From contig JANMPT010000024.1 of NCBI GenBank assembly GCA_031370005.1, positions 160,234 to 224,233 on the forward strand: 64,000 bases of DNA. Direction: 5' to 3'. Each line of letters begins with the position of its first letter. Within the stretch, counting starts at the first letter, position 1. The notes below the pieces were generated by a model, which was given only the letters and a program-made list of their open reading frames with translations, made no database searches and was not told the origin of the DNA. Source of the DNA: Bdellovibrionales bacterium (GTDB taxonomy: Bacteria; Bdellovibrionota; Bdellovibrionia; Bdellovibrionales; Bdellovibrionaceae). Below, piece by piece: positions 18,017-28,502 of the stretch. The position numbers and the translations under genes are program-made.

Positions 18017-19981
18017 TTGAAATCCCGGATTATTTTAGTGTTTGCTGGCATAACGTTGCTTTGGGGTGTATTGATTTTGCGCGCAGCTTATTTGCAGTTT
18101 TTGCCCAATGAAAAGCTTCAGTCATTGCAAAATCGTCAGTTTCAAACCGTGGTAACTTTGCAGGCCCGTCGTGGCGCCATCGTTGATCGTAATGGTCGCG
18201 ACTTGGCAATGTCAGCAACGGCTTACTCCTTGTATGCAGATCCGAAAATTTTAGTTAAGCGCAAACAACTTGCAAAAAATATCGCTAAAGAATTAGGAGT
18301 GAGCGCGGAAAGTGTTTACAGCAAAATCAAAGATGCTAACAAACGCTTCGTGTGGATTCAGCGCCTTTTAGATGAGGATAAGGCAAATAAAATCAAATCA
18401 TGGAACCTCCGTGGTCTTTCATTCGTTGAAGAGTGGAAAAGGGTTTACCCGAATGAGTCTTTGCTAGCACATACTTTGGGTTTCCTTGGGAGTGAGGGGC
18501 AGGGCCTTGAGGGGCTTGAGAAGTTTTTTGAGGCGGATCTCAAGGGTAACTCGAAGAAGGTCTCTGTTCGTCGAGATGCCCGCGGACGTCCTTTGATCGC
18601 TGACGGCATGTTATTTACTGAAAATCCTGATGGCAATGAGCTTAAGCTCACCGTGGATTCTGATATTCAATACAATCTTGAAAATGAATTAGCCCAATCC
18701 GTGGCAACTTTTGAAGCGGACTCTGCAGTGGGTATTATTTTGGATGCTCAGACGTCGGCAATTATCGCAATGGCCAGTGTGCCGACTTTTGATGTAAATA
18801 AAGCAGTTAAAATTGCTCCAGAGCTACGGCGTGATAAGGTGCCAACAGATGCCTTCGAGCCAGGTAGCACTCTCAAAACTTTCGTGATAGCATCGGCACT
18901 TCGGCAGAATCTTATAGCCCCGAACACAAAGTTCTTCTGCGAGAATGGCTCTTTTAGAATCGGCGATAAAGTTATTCACGAAGCTGAAACACATGAAAGC
19001 TTTGGTAACATCACTGTAAGTGAGATCCTGGCCGTGTCCTCAAATATTGGAACAACAAAGATTGCTTTTAAAATGGGAGCAGAAAGTCTTCGTCAAGGTC
19101 TTTTGGATTTTGGCTTTGGTAGTAAGCTTGGCCTTGACCTTCCTGGTGAAGCTCGAGGAAGTGTTCAAGCGCTTCCTTGGCGTGCACATCTTTTAAGTAA
19201 CATTTCTTTTGGTCAGGGAATTGCGGTGACACCTTTGCAAATTGCAAATGCATATGCTGCTATTGCAAATGGAGGGATTTTAAATACCCCGTATATTGTT
19301 CAATCAATACGTGACAGTGAATCGGGTCAGGTCAAAGCGACACAGCAAAAACCAATTCGCCGTATTTTAACTTCAGAGCAAGCGTCTCAAATGAAAATTA
19401 TGTTGAGCGGAGTGACGGCACCAGGTGGAACCGGCAAGAACGCTCGAGTTAATGGCTTCATTGTCGCTGGGAAAACTGGCACGGCACAAAAGGTGAATCC
19501 AAACGGACGTGGTTACATGAAGGGCGCATATATCTCAAGTTTCGCTGGATTTATTCCCGCCAACGATCCAAAGTTTGTAATTTACTTAGCACTGGATCAT
19601 CCTCGGAAAGGCTTTTATGGTGCTCAGGTTGCCGCGCCAATCTTTTCTCGCGTAGCCTCTTATGCTGTTCGCAAAGAGGGTTTAGCGCCAGTGCACTTGT
19701 CAGAAAATACTCAGATTTCAGAAAAAAGAAAGTCCACCAAGTTCGATTTAGAAAAGTCACGCGGCATTGCTGGAATTATTGAAGGCGATATTGTTTCTGC
19801 TAGTCTAGACCTGGGAGTGGTGCCGGATGTGACGACCATGACTTTACGCGAAGTCTTAAGAAGGTTTAGCGGTAAAGAAATTAGCGTGAAATTCAGAGGG
19901 CAAGGTGTTGTTACAGGAGTGGAGCCGCCCGTGGGCTCGCCACTTCCAGAGAATAAAGAAATTACAGTGATTTTGCGTTAA
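18017..19981 (+). CDS. ftsI: Septal transpeptidase FtsI (PBP3) with PASTA domain
   Basis: RGAIVDRNG, EPGSTLK, SSN and KTGT motifs; dcw position. Confidence 0.93.
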   Translation: MKSRIILVFAGITLLWGVLILRAAYLQFLPNEKLQSLQNRQFQTVVTLQARRGAIVDRNGRDLAMSATAYSLYADPKILVKRKQLAKNIAKELGVSAESVYSKIKDANKRFVWIQRLLDEDKANKIKSWNLRGLSFVEEWKRVYPNESLLAHTLGFLGSEGQGLEGLEKFFEADLKGNSKKVSVRRDARGRPLIADGMLFTENPDGNELKLTVDSDIQYNLENELAQSVATFEADSAVGIILDAQTSAIIAMASVPTFDVNKAVKIAPELRRDKVPTDAFEPGSTLKTFVIASALRQNLIAPNTKFFCENGSFRIGDKVIHEAETHESFGNITVSEILAVSSNIGTTKIAFKMGAESLRQGLLDFGFGSKLGLDLPGEARGSVQALPWRAHLLSNISFGQGIAVTPLQIANAYAAIANGGILNTPYIVQSIRDSESGQVKATQQKPIRRILTSEQASQMKIMLSGVTAPGGTGKNARVNGFIVAGKTGTAQKVNPNGRGYMKGAYISSFAGFIPANDPKFVIYLALDHPRKGFYGAQVAAPIFSRVASYAVRKEGLAPVHLSENTQISEKRKSTKFDLEKSRGIAGIIEGDIVSASLDLGVVPDVTTMTLREVLRRFSGKEISVKFRGQGVVTGVEPPVGSPLPENKEITVILR

Positions 19982-20633
19982 CTTGGGCGTTTATGTATTC
20001 GCCGGCTTTTTGTAACATTTGCTGCGGGATCTCGTGGCCTCCGGGAAAGGTAAGACAGCCACCTTTCATGCCCCCGGCATTGAGAAAGGACTCTAGCTGG
20101 TGAGCGCCTTTTATTTGCAAAACCTGATCACTAAGGCCGTGGCACTGGAAAAACCTTTCACCGCGACGCTTTTCAACTAAAGGCCTGAGCTCGTCTTTGT
20201 TGAAAAGTGATCCGGATAAAAGCAGAAGTCCGGCGGGCGTTTCTGGAGCATTTAAATAAAGATCTGCCGCGAGCATGGCCCCCTGAGAAAAACCGCCAAG
20301 AAATATTTTGTTAAATGGAGTTTTCAGCTCTTCGATCATGTTTATCAACTCTTTGCGTACTTTATCGAGATCTTCAGGTCTCATCGCGCTAAAATCATTG
20401 GAAAGCGTGCTCAATGCTAATGGAAACCAAGCTTTTCCAGTTCGACCGGCATCAATACGAACATCAGTAAGTCCTTGAGGAAACAACCAATTTATTTTTT
20501 TCTCTGTGGGAATATAATTTTTTAAAGGCTCAAGATCTGCTGCATCAGCACCATAACCATGAAAGAGAATTACCCATGGAGAATCGTCACTATGATATTC
20601 GTCGAGGCAATATACTTTTGCGAGTTTTCTCAT
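19962..20633 (-). CDS. Phospholipase/carboxylesterase (alpha/beta hydrolase)
   Basis: FHGYGA, GFSQG, HG..D.V and GGHEI catalytic motifs; antisense within dcw; probable ATG 20633. Confidence 0.88.
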   Translation of the reverse strand: MRKLAKVYCLDEYHSDDSPWVILFHGYGADAADLEPLKNYIPTEKKINWLFPQGLTDVRIDAGRTGKAWFPLALSTLSNDFSAMRPEDLDKVRKELINMIEELKTPFNKIFLGGFSQGAMLAADLYLNAPETPAGLLLLSGSLFNKDELRPLVEKRRGERFFQCHGLSDQVLQIKGAHQLESFLNAGGMKGGCLTFPGGHEIPQQMLQKAGEYINAQVNAKSL

Positions 20634-20669
20634 TTTAGGATAATGTATTCTTGAGCATTGAAGGTCAAG

Positions 20670-22154
20670 ATGAAGCTGCAATATTTATTTTCAATATTTC
20701 CTGATATACCTGAGAATGCATTTTCGCATATTGAGGTTAGCGGCATCTGCTTTGATGCCCGCAAAGTCGTGCCTGGAGCCGTTTTTGTCGCCATACGTGG
20801 AACAAAGCTTGATGGCCATGACTTCATTGCCGAAGCAATTTCCAATGGAGCTGCTGCTCTAGTTGTGGAAGATCTAAAAAAAATTCCAGTGGGCTTTTCT
20901 GGTTTTGTTTTGCGAGTACCCAATACTCGACAAGCACTTGATGTTTTAGCCAGTCGCTATTTTTGGGATCCGGGGCGTGATCTATTTTGTGTGGGTGTTA
21001 CGGGCACAAACGGAAAAACTTCTATTACATATCTGATCGAGTGTATTTTCGATTACGCGAGAATGGCCATTGGAGTCATCGGCACTGTTAATCATCGCAT
21101 TGGAGGCAAGGTTTGGACGTCGGAGATGACAACGCCAGACCCTGTTAGTTTACAAAAAAGACTAAGTGAATTCCACCAGGAGGGCGCTGCTGCTGTAGTG
21201 ATGGAAGTTTCAAGCCACGCTCTCGAACAAAAACGCGTCGACAGTGTAGCTTTTAACTCCGTAGTTTACACCAACTTGTCTCGTGATCATCTTGATTATC
21301 ATAGGTCAATGGAAGACTACTTCAAGGCGAAGCAGAGACTTTTTACAGATCTTCTTTGGAAAACTAGTAAGAGCCCCTGTTTTGCGATCATCAATACAGA
21401 TGACAAATGGGGGCGACGGCTTCGGGTGGCAGATCCGGCAATTCTTTGGACCTATGGCCATCGAGAAGGAGATTTCCAATACGAAATCATAAAAATGGAT
21501 TTTACGTCTACAAGTTTTAAAATTCAAACTCCTGCGGGCGAGGCCATCGTTTCACTGCCAATGTCGGGAGCTCACAACGTGATGAATGCACTGGCAGCAA
21601 TTGCAGTGGCTGTGTCTGCCGGAATTGCTTTGCAGACTTCCGTAAAGGCACTTGAATCCTTCACCGGGGTCCCAGGTCGTCTCCAAGCTGTTGGAAATAA
21701 AAAAGATCTTTTTGTTTTCATTGACTATGCGCATTCTCCTGATGCTCTTGAAAATGTTTTAACGGCATTGCAAAAAGTTCGCGAGTCGATGGGCTCAAGC
21801 GCAAAGATTTGGACTGTCTTTGGTTGTGGTGGTGATCGAGATAAAGGCAAACGTCCTCTGATGACTCAAATGGCATTGAAATACTCGGACCATGTGATTA
21901 TAACTTCGGACAACCCTCGTACGGAGGACCCTGAGCAGATCATTCGCGAAATGACTGAAGCGCTACCAGCTGGTGAACAATATAAAATCCAAATTGAGGT
22001 GCGCAGGCGGGATGCTATCGAAAGCGCCATCAAACAGGCAAAGGCAGGCGATGTGATTCTTATCGCGGGCAAGGGCCATGAAGATTATCAAATTATTGGC
22101 GAGACGAAATTGCCATTTAGTGATTTTCAAGTCGCTGAGGAGTTTTTGAAATGA
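20670..22154 (+). CDS. murE: UDP-MurNAc-tripeptide synthetase (meso-DAP type)
   Basis: GTNGKTS, MEVSSH, DHLDYH, DYAH, DNPR and GKGHE motifs. Confidence 0.97.
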   Translation: MKLQYLFSIFPDIPENAFSHIEVSGICFDARKVVPGAVFVAIRGTKLDGHDFIAEAISNGAAALVVEDLKKIPVGFSGFVLRVPNTRQALDVLASRYFWDPGRDLFCVGVTGTNGKTSITYLIECIFDYARMAIGVIGTVNHRIGGKVWTSEMTTPDPVSLQKRLSEFHQEGAAAVVMEVSSHALEQKRVDSVAFNSVVYTNLSRDHLDYHRSMEDYFKAKQRLFTDLLWKTSKSPCFAIINTDDKWGRRLRVADPAILWTYGHREGDFQYEIIKMDFTSTSFKIQTPAGEAIVSLPMSGAHNVMNALAAIAVAVSAGIALQTSVKALESFTGVPGRLQAVGNKKDLFVFIDYAHSPDALENVLTALQKVRESMGSSAKIWTVFGCGGDRDKGKRPLMTQMALKYSDHVIITSDNPRTEDPEQIIREMTEALPAGEQYKIQIEVRRRDAIESAIKQAKAGDVILIAGKGHEDYQIIGETKLPFSDFQVAEEFLK

Positions 22155-23572
22155 GAACCATAGAGTTAATTGAGGTTCTAACTGCGACCCAGGGGCAGGC
22201 TCTTAGTGAAGTAAATCAAAAATTCTATGGTGTTGGGACCGATACTCGTCAGTCCTTAGCGGGGCAACTTTTTATTGCGCTCAAAGGTGAAAGTTTTAAT
22301 GCCCACGATTTTCTCGATAAAGCCGTAGCTCAAGGCGCCGCAGGTATTTTGATTCAGGAGATTTCTCCTCTGGTTGAAAGTTTTAAAAATAAAATCACAG
22401 TAATTTTAGTAAAAGATACTTTGAAGGCCTTACAGGATCTCGGCAATTGGTCACGCAACAATGCAAAGGCCATAGTTATTGGCATTACCGGTTCTAACGG
22501 CAAAACGACAACAAAAGAATTCACGGTGGCAGTTCTCGAGGATTTTAAAACGGTTCATTATAGCAAAGGGAGTTTTAATAACCATTGGGGAGTGCCCTTT
22601 ACATTGCTTCAACTTGATCCGCAAAAAGAAGTGGCAGTGGTCGAGATGGGCATGAACCACGCAGGTGAGATCACCGAGCTTGTGAACATTGCCGAGCCAG
22701 ATGTGGTTTGTTGCACAATGGTGGGGCGAGCTCATATTGAGCATTTCGGTACTATTGATAAGATTGCTGAGGCCAAAGAGGAAATCTATGAGGCGGCAAA
22801 GCCAACTGCGATCCGAGTATATAATCTCGATAATCCACTAACATGCCAAATGTACGAGAAGGCTCAGGTCAGATTTCCGCTAGCAAAACTCGTAACTTTT
22901 TCTGCTCGAGATCCCAAGTGTGATGTTTACTTTAGGCTTGAGGCGATGGGACTACAGAGTCTAAAAATCAGCGGGCACATTGCAACTAAAGAGGGCGAAG
23001 TGACTGTTCCTGTTTTTGGTGCTCAAAATTTAACAAACTTGATGGCGGCGGCAGCAATTGGAATAGCTACTGGACTTAATCCTGAACAAGTATGGCATGG
23101 GCTTAGTCACTGTAAGACGATTTGGGGTCGCAATCAATTGCTTGAGCTAAAATCTGGTGCACAGATGATTTTCGATGCTTATAATGCCAACCCTGACTCC
23201 ATGAAGGCATTGCTTGATAACGTGAAAATTTTAAGTGCTAAGGGTCGCAAAATTGGTGTTTTCGGCGAGATGCTCGAGATGGGCGCCCTTGCAAGCGAAT
23301 TACATGAGGAGCTTGGTGAACTTGTCGGGGCAGTAGGTTTCGATAAAGTCTATTTTATTGGCGCGAGCCACGAAGCCTTTGAAAATGGCCTCAAGAAATC
23401 AGCTTACAAAAAATTTGCATGCATTGCCAAAGATTTTAAAGACGTAACGGCACGTGAATTTGCCGATAATCTTCGATCAGGCGATATGGCTATTGTTAAA
23501 GGCTCCCGTGGTATGAAACTCGAACGTTTTGTTCAGCCTTGTGAACCCAAAAATTTTAGTTTGAATAAGTAG
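22151..23572 (+). CDS. murF: UDP-MurNAc-pentapeptide synthetase
   Basis: GSNGKTTTKE, EMGMNH.GEI, DAYNANP and KGSRG motifs. Confidence 0.97.
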   Translation: MRTIELIEVLTATQGQALSEVNQKFYGVGTDTRQSLAGQLFIALKGESFNAHDFLDKAVAQGAAGILIQEISPLVESFKNKITVILVKDTLKALQDLGNWSRNNAKAIVIGITGSNGKTTTKEFTVAVLEDFKTVHYSKGSFNNHWGVPFTLLQLDPQKEVAVVEMGMNHAGEITELVNIAEPDVVCCTMVGRAHIEHFGTIDKIAEAKEEIYEAAKPTAIRVYNLDNPLTCQMYEKAQVRFPLAKLVTFSARDPKCDVYFRLEAMGLQSLKISGHIATKEGEVTVPVFGAQNLTNLMAAAAIGIATGLNPEQVWHGLSHCKTIWGRNQLLELKSGAQMIFDAYNANPDSMKALLDNVKILSAKGRKIGVFGEMLEMGALASELHEELGELVGAVGFDKVYFIGASHEAFENGLKKSAYKKFACIAKDFKDVTAREFADNLRSGDMAIVKGSRGMKLERFVQPCEPKNFSLNK

Positions 23573-25001
23573 AATTTATAAGAGATTTTTTGCACCCGAA
23601 GATCATGAGCGGCGAGCGGCGCACATTGTTTTTAGGGTTAAGCTTGTAGGCGATAGACTCAATCAAATTTACGTCAAAGCGGGCCAAAAAGTCATAATGT
23701 GTAGATAAGAATTCTTTATTTAGAACGTAAGATTTTTCATTTAACGCTATAAGATAGTCGCAGGCATTGTTTGTATCTAGTTTTTGAAATTGCGGTGTCT
23801 CCATAGATAAAACATTATAATCGGCGTTTTTCATAAAGGCATCTGGAATCCAATCAATCGTCAGATCGATGCTTATCAGATGATGATACTCGGGATGCTC
23901 ATCCATATAACGGGCGAGGTCTGTGATATTTTTCTGCGCCGGGAAAAATGAGGTCGGGAACCAAAAAACAAAATTTACGAAAAGCATGGAGGCCACGCGA
24001 TATTTGTGTTGTTTCCAATTCTCAATAAAATAGGTAACAAAAGGTACCATCATAAAGATCATCACTGGAATCATTGTAATCAAAAAACGCTCAAACTTAT
24101 TGGCAAACATCGAGTGCAGAACCAGGAACAGGGCTAAAATAATATAGAGCGAGCGATAGCGTTGAAAATAATCTTTGATAAACCCAGTTGGGTACTTCGC
24201 AATTAACCATGGGACAAGCATGGAAACAAAAATAAGCGGAAAAAAGAAATACCATGGGCGACTCCCATAATCAGCGCCATGTTTAAAGTTATATTCGGCT
24301 AGAGCCCGCAGGGAGTAATGGAAGCCGCCACGAATAAAAATATCAGGAATTCCGCTGAGAATAAAGAAAGTCAGACCAGTGATACTTGCTATGAAAAAGT
24401 GCCGCCATTGTTTGTGAATGAGCGGAAGAAAAATAAAGACCAAAGCGCAAAATCCGGTTTGTTGACGAAGGGTAAAGGCCATCGATGCACAAAAAATTCC
24501 GATAACGAGGTTTTCCCATTTTTTTCTTTCATCATAAATAACAGCAAAAGCACTTGCCAGAGCTATCCAAGGTGCGGCCAAGGATTCAAACATCGGCCGA
24601 GTCAGAAGACCCGGGGCCATAAAGTGGAAACCCAGCATAAGAATGGCGACCTTAGCGAGGCTTTCATTTTTTTTATAAAATAGTATAATTGCAGCCCAAG
24701 CGCTAAGTGCAAAGCCAATCAGTCCCCAGAAAATAATAACGAAGTGATATTGGTTAAAAGGTGTTTCAATGCCAAGCCGATAAGCCAACTGTGCAGCTGC
24801 GTGCATTGGCAAGATTTGAAGTGGGGATTTGACATCATCGGATCTTATAAGGGTGGCGACCATTGCCTTTTGCGCTGGAAGATAGCGGGTGATCCCATCC
24901 CAATACTCGTCAGTGGCGATGAAACCAGTGTTAAAAATAATGGTCACAATGTAAACAATAAGAGAAAGGCCAAGGCATTGCCGTAAAGAAAGTCTATTCA
25001 T
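23556..25001 (-). CDS. GT-C superfamily membrane glycosyltransferase, Alg9/PIG-B (GT22)-like
   Basis: About 11 TM segments, DE motif in first loop (ATDEYW), RPWYFF and KFERF motifs, soluble C-terminal domain. Confidence 0.65.
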   Translation of the reverse strand: MNRLSLRQCLGLSLIVYIVTIIFNTGFIATDEYWDGITRYLPAQKAMVATLIRSDDVKSPLQILPMHAAAQLAYRLGIETPFNQYHFVIIFWGLIGFALSAWAAIILFYKKNESLAKVAILMLGFHFMAPGLLTRPMFESLAAPWIALASAFAVIYDERKKWENLVIGIFCASMAFTLRQQTGFCALVFIFLPLIHKQWRHFFIASITGLTFFILSGIPDIFIRGGFHYSLRALAEYNFKHGADYGSRPWYFFFPLIFVSMLVPWLIAKYPTGFIKDYFQRYRSLYIILALFLVLHSMFANKFERFLITMIPVMIFMMVPFVTYFIENWKQHKYRVASMLFVNFVFWFPTSFFPAQKNITDLARYMDEHPEYHHLISIDLTIDWIPDAFMKNADYNVLSMETPQFQKLDTNNACDYLIALNEKSYVLNKEFLSTHYDFLARFDVNLIESIAYKLNPKNNVRRSPLMIFGCKKSLINSTYSN

Positions 25002-25005
25002 ATTC

Positions 25006-26034
25006 TTAGACTAACCGACTATTTTTAGAAAAAGCAATAAGCTCCTGGGTAGTCATAACTTTTACTACGGGTTTGCCTATTTTTCTTAAAAAAACGAAGC
25101 GAATTTTATTTTTTTCTGAGGATTTTTTATCCTGCAAAAGATGCTTTTCAAGTTTCGGAGTTTTTTTAATTAAATTTATAGCGTCCACACTGCTGAACAA
25201 ATATTTTATAATTAGTTCGTTATTGTTGATTTGATCATACTCTTTTTGAGAGAGAATTTTCTTTTGTAAGGAAAAATCAAGGGCTAAGCGGAGGCCATAG
25301 TTCACAGCAACACCATGGGGAAGTTGGTGAATGGACTCTAAAACGTGACCAAAGGTATGACCAAAGTTTAAGAAAAATCGAATGCCTTTTGTTTCATAGG
25401 GATCTTGATTAACAATTTTGTATTTGTAAGCTATTAAATCAGGCAAGATTTTCCATAAAGTTGTTTTTGAAAAGGAGGATTGATTGCGTGTTTTTTTCCA
25501 AAGTGCTCCGCCATTTAGCAGTACAGTTTTTAATACTTCGCCCATGGCCTCATAAACTCTTTCTTCGGGTTGGTTCTCAAGCAGACTTTTAATAAGAAAG
25601 ATTTGTTCAGCTTTATAAAATGTGCCTATTTGATTTTTATATCCAGCAACATTTAGGGCAGTTTTACCTCCGTGGGCTGAGTCAATGGCGGCCAGCCAGG
25701 TACTTGGAATATGAATAAGGGGCACTCCGCGCTTAAAGACGCTTGCCATGAACCCAACAAAATCACCAACGCTGCCACCGCCTAAACCAATTAGGCTAAT
25801 GTTTTTTATTTTTGTTTGTTCAACAATGCGTAAAACATCGATAAAATGTTTTTCGAACTGTTTAAATTGTTTAAGTGATTCTCCGGCTTTGACCTCTATT
25901 CGATGAGGGAAGGACTCAATCCATTTTTTTGTATTTTTATTTTTGAGCAAAAAAGAATCAAAAATCAAAATAGGGTGTTCAGCAAGAGCATTGGGACTTG
26001 GAAATCGATCTGAAAAAACGAGCTTAGATTTCAT
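25006..26034 (-). CDS. aroB: 3-dehydroquinate synthase
   Basis: GGGSVGD, DSAHGGKT, KNQIGTF, LNFGHTFGH, HGVAV and DKK motifs. Confidence 0.92.
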   Translation of the reverse strand: MKSKLVFSDRFPSPNALAEHPILIFDSFLLKNKNTKKWIESFPHRIEVKAGESLKQFKQFEKHFIDVLRIVEQTKIKNISLIGLGGGSVGDFVGFMASVFKRGVPLIHIPSTWLAAIDSAHGGKTALNVAGYKNQIGTFYKAEQIFLIKSLLENQPEERVYEAMGEVLKTVLLNGGALWKKTRNQSSFSKTTLWKILPDLIAYKYKIVNQDPYETKGIRFFLNFGHTFGHVLESIHQLPHGVAVNYGLRLALDFSLQKKILSQKEYDQINNNELIIKYLFSSVDAINLIKKTPKLEKHLLQDKKSSEKNKIRFVFLRKIGKPVVKVMTTQELIAFSKNSRLV

Positions 26035-27218
26035 GGCGAAAAATGCCTAGATTTTGAAAAATAAGTTATTACTCTTTTTAAACCTTCTTCGAGCGACTCA
26101 TCGGGAATCGTAACAGATAGTCTAAGATGGTGCTCGCAGCCAAAGGCCGAGCCAGGAACAAGAGCAACTCCGGCTTCATTTAAAATCTCTTTGCAAATTT
26201 GCGCTGATGGTTTTGTTTTATCTAACACCTCCATCCAAATGTAAAAGGCGCCTTCAGAAGGGTAAACTTTAATTCCTGGACAATTTTTTAAAGTATGCAC
26301 AGCATATTTATGTCTTCTTTGGATTGTCGTTTTGAGTTTGACGACAAACTCAGCTTCTTCGATTAAAGTCTTTTTTAGTGAAAGCTGTAAAAAATCTGGA
26401 ATACAAGTTAATGTTTGGCTTTGAAACTCGGTCAGCTTACCGATGAGTTCCCCTGTTCCAATCACCCAACCCAAGCGCCAACCGGTTAAAGCAAAGCTTT
26501 TTGAGGCACCGTGAACAACAACGATACGTTCTCGGTGTGCGGGAGAGAGCACGTCTAAAAGATGAGGGCATCTTTTTTCATTAGAAAAGACAAGTTGGTT
26601 GTAAATGTCATCACAAATGACCACAAGATTTTCATTTTTTTCGATCACTTTAGCGAGCTCTGTCAGCTCGTTCAACGAGTAGGTGGCTCCCGTTGGGTTT
26701 TGTGGGGAATTTAAAAGTAGAACCCTGGTTTTTGCTGTTATAGCTGAAGCAAGTTGTTGGCTCGATATTTTATAGGCATTTTCGCTTGGGCACGAAATAA
26801 GCTTAGCCTGTGCCCCGGCTAAGGAGGTGAGCGTTTCATAGCTGACCCAATAGGGAGTCGGGATGATGACTTCGCTTTGTTCATCGCAAAGAATTTGTAA
26901 AATCGCGAAAAGTGAAAACTTTGACCCCGGAGAAATAATAACATTTTCGGCATTCCAATTTTTATCATAAAGACGAGACATCCAATCGGCGATTGTTTCT
27001 CTAACACTTAGGAGGCCTTGAGCTGGACCGTATTTAGACTCCTGAGTTTGAATTTGATGAATAGCTTCTTTTATAGCAGACTCTGGAGCCTTGACGTCAG
27101 GTTCCCCCACCGAGGCAAGGACGATGTCCTCACCATTTCTGATTCTTTCTTTTGCCTTTAGTGTGGCGCTCATTGTGGCAGAACCTACAAGTTTTTTAGC
27201 ACGTTGAGAAAAAATCAT
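26031..27218 (-). CDS. PLP-dependent class I aminotransferase (aspartate/prephenate/aromatic type)
   Basis: GEPD, PYWVSY-like, NSPQNPTG, DDIY and SKSFALTGWRLG motifs. Confidence 0.9.
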   Translation of the reverse strand: MIFSQRAKKLVGSATMSATLKAKERIRNGEDIVLASVGEPDVKAPESAIKEAIHQIQTQESKYGPAQGLLSVRETIADWMSRLYDKNWNAENVIISPGSKFSLFAILQILCDEQSEVIIPTPYWVSYETLTSLAGAQAKLISCPSENAYKISSQQLASAITAKTRVLLLNSPQNPTGATYSLNELTELAKVIEKNENLVVICDDIYNQLVFSNEKRCPHLLDVLSPAHRERIVVVHGASKSFALTGWRLGWVIGTGELIGKLTEFQSQTLTCIPDFLQLSLKKTLIEEAEFVVKLKTTIQRRHKYAVHTLKNCPGIKVYPSEGAFYIWMEVLDKTKPSAQICKEILNEAGVALVPGSAFGCEHHLRLSVTIPDESLEEGLKRVITYFSKSRHFSP

Positions 27219-27317
27219 AATCTATCCTTTACAACTTGATCCCAATAACTTGATGTTATTATTTACTTTTACTCAGGTTTTGATTTCATCATGCTTTTGA
27301 TACTATGAGAATCACAT

Positions 27318-28499
27318 TTATTTCAGTTCGAGGCCAACAACTTGCCAGAACTCAGGAAAACTTTTATTAACGACTTCGGGATTTTGAATGCGGATAGGAT
27401 AGCCTTGAGATTTAACTAGAGCAGCGGCAAAGGCTAGACGATGGTCGTGATCTGTATCATAGTCAAATGCGGCGATTAAGGACTTATCTTTTGTTTGAGG
27501 ATAAATAATCATTCCATCTGAGAGCGCTTCATTTTTCACGCCTATCAAGGTCAAAAGCTCTGCCACTTTAGCAATCCGATTTGATTCCTTGTGTATTAAT
27601 TGTGGAGCCCCGAAAAGCTTGGATGGTGTTTTGGCTGAAGCACATAGTACGGAAAGCACTGGAAACAAATCGGGACATGACTTTAGATTGGCATCAACTC
27701 CATAAAAGTCTTTAGTTGGAAATACTTTTACGGAGTTTCCGTTGTGTTCAAACATGATTCCCATTCTTTGGAAGAACTCCAAAAACTCAGAATCAGGTTG
27801 AAGGCTTGGTCGTGGGTAATGGTGGAATACGGCTTCACCATTTAAGACTGAAAAAGCGGCAACTGCGAACAGCGAACTAAGGTCACTTTCAACTTGATAT
27901 TTTTTTTTCGTGATCTCGCTGCCGGCTTCTATTATTATTCCTGATTCCGTCCTGTTGATTTTCATTCCAAGATGCTGAACCAACTGCAAGGTCATTTCTA
28001 GATAGCCCTCACTCATTGGCTCGCCAATCATTTCTAATTTCAAATCTTGATCTAAATTCCAGGCGTTCAGAATCAATCCCGAAGCAAATTGACTAGAAAC
28101 AGTTCTTTGGACAATCATGGGGCGGGATAAGTTTTTCCAACCCTTTGAGTGTAAGGTCATATGCTCTTTTGAAAGCTCGTAGCCGACATCGAGTCTTTTA
28201 AATAGATCCAACAAGTCTTGTTGGGGACGTTGCAAAAGTCGTTCTGTGCCCCTAAGAACATGAGTCCCAGGGATTCGGCTTAAGCGCAAAGATAAAAATC
28301 GTAAGACTGTACCTGCGGCTCCGCAATCATAGATTGCATTTTCATTTTTTAATAATTTAATAGCCGCTTCCATTTTGACAACATCGTCGCAGGAAGAGCT
28401 TCCTAATAATTGAAGCCCTTCCGAGTAAGATGAGCAGATCAAGGCTCTGTTCATAATAGACTTAGAGGCCGGGATGGTTCCGCTATATTTAAAGGTCAT
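27318..28499 (-). CDS. aroA: EPSP synthase (compact, 393 aa)
   Basis: SKS, AGTVLR, SSQF, PDLFP, KESNR, DHR and KSFPEF motifs. Confidence 0.92.
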   Translation of the reverse strand: MTFKYSGTIPASKSIMNRALICSSYSEGLQLLGSSSCDDVVKMEAAIKLLKNENAIYDCGAAGTVLRFLSLRLSRIPGTHVLRGTERLLQRPQQDLLDLFKRLDVGYELSKEHMTLHSKGWKNLSRPMIVQRTVSSQFASGLILNAWNLDQDLKLEMIGEPMSEGYLEMTLQLVQHLGMKINRTESGIIIEAGSEITKKKYQVESDLSSLFAVAAFSVLNGEAVFHHYPRPSLQPDSEFLEFFQRMGIMFEHNGNSVKVFPTKDFYGVDANLKSCPDLFPVLSVLCASAKTPSKLFGAPQLIHKESNRIAKVAELLTLIGVKNEALSDGMIIYPQTKDKSLIAAFDYDTDHDHRLAFAAALVKSQGYPIRIQNPEVVNKSFPEFWQVVGLELK

Positions 28500-28502
28500 G
28501 AA

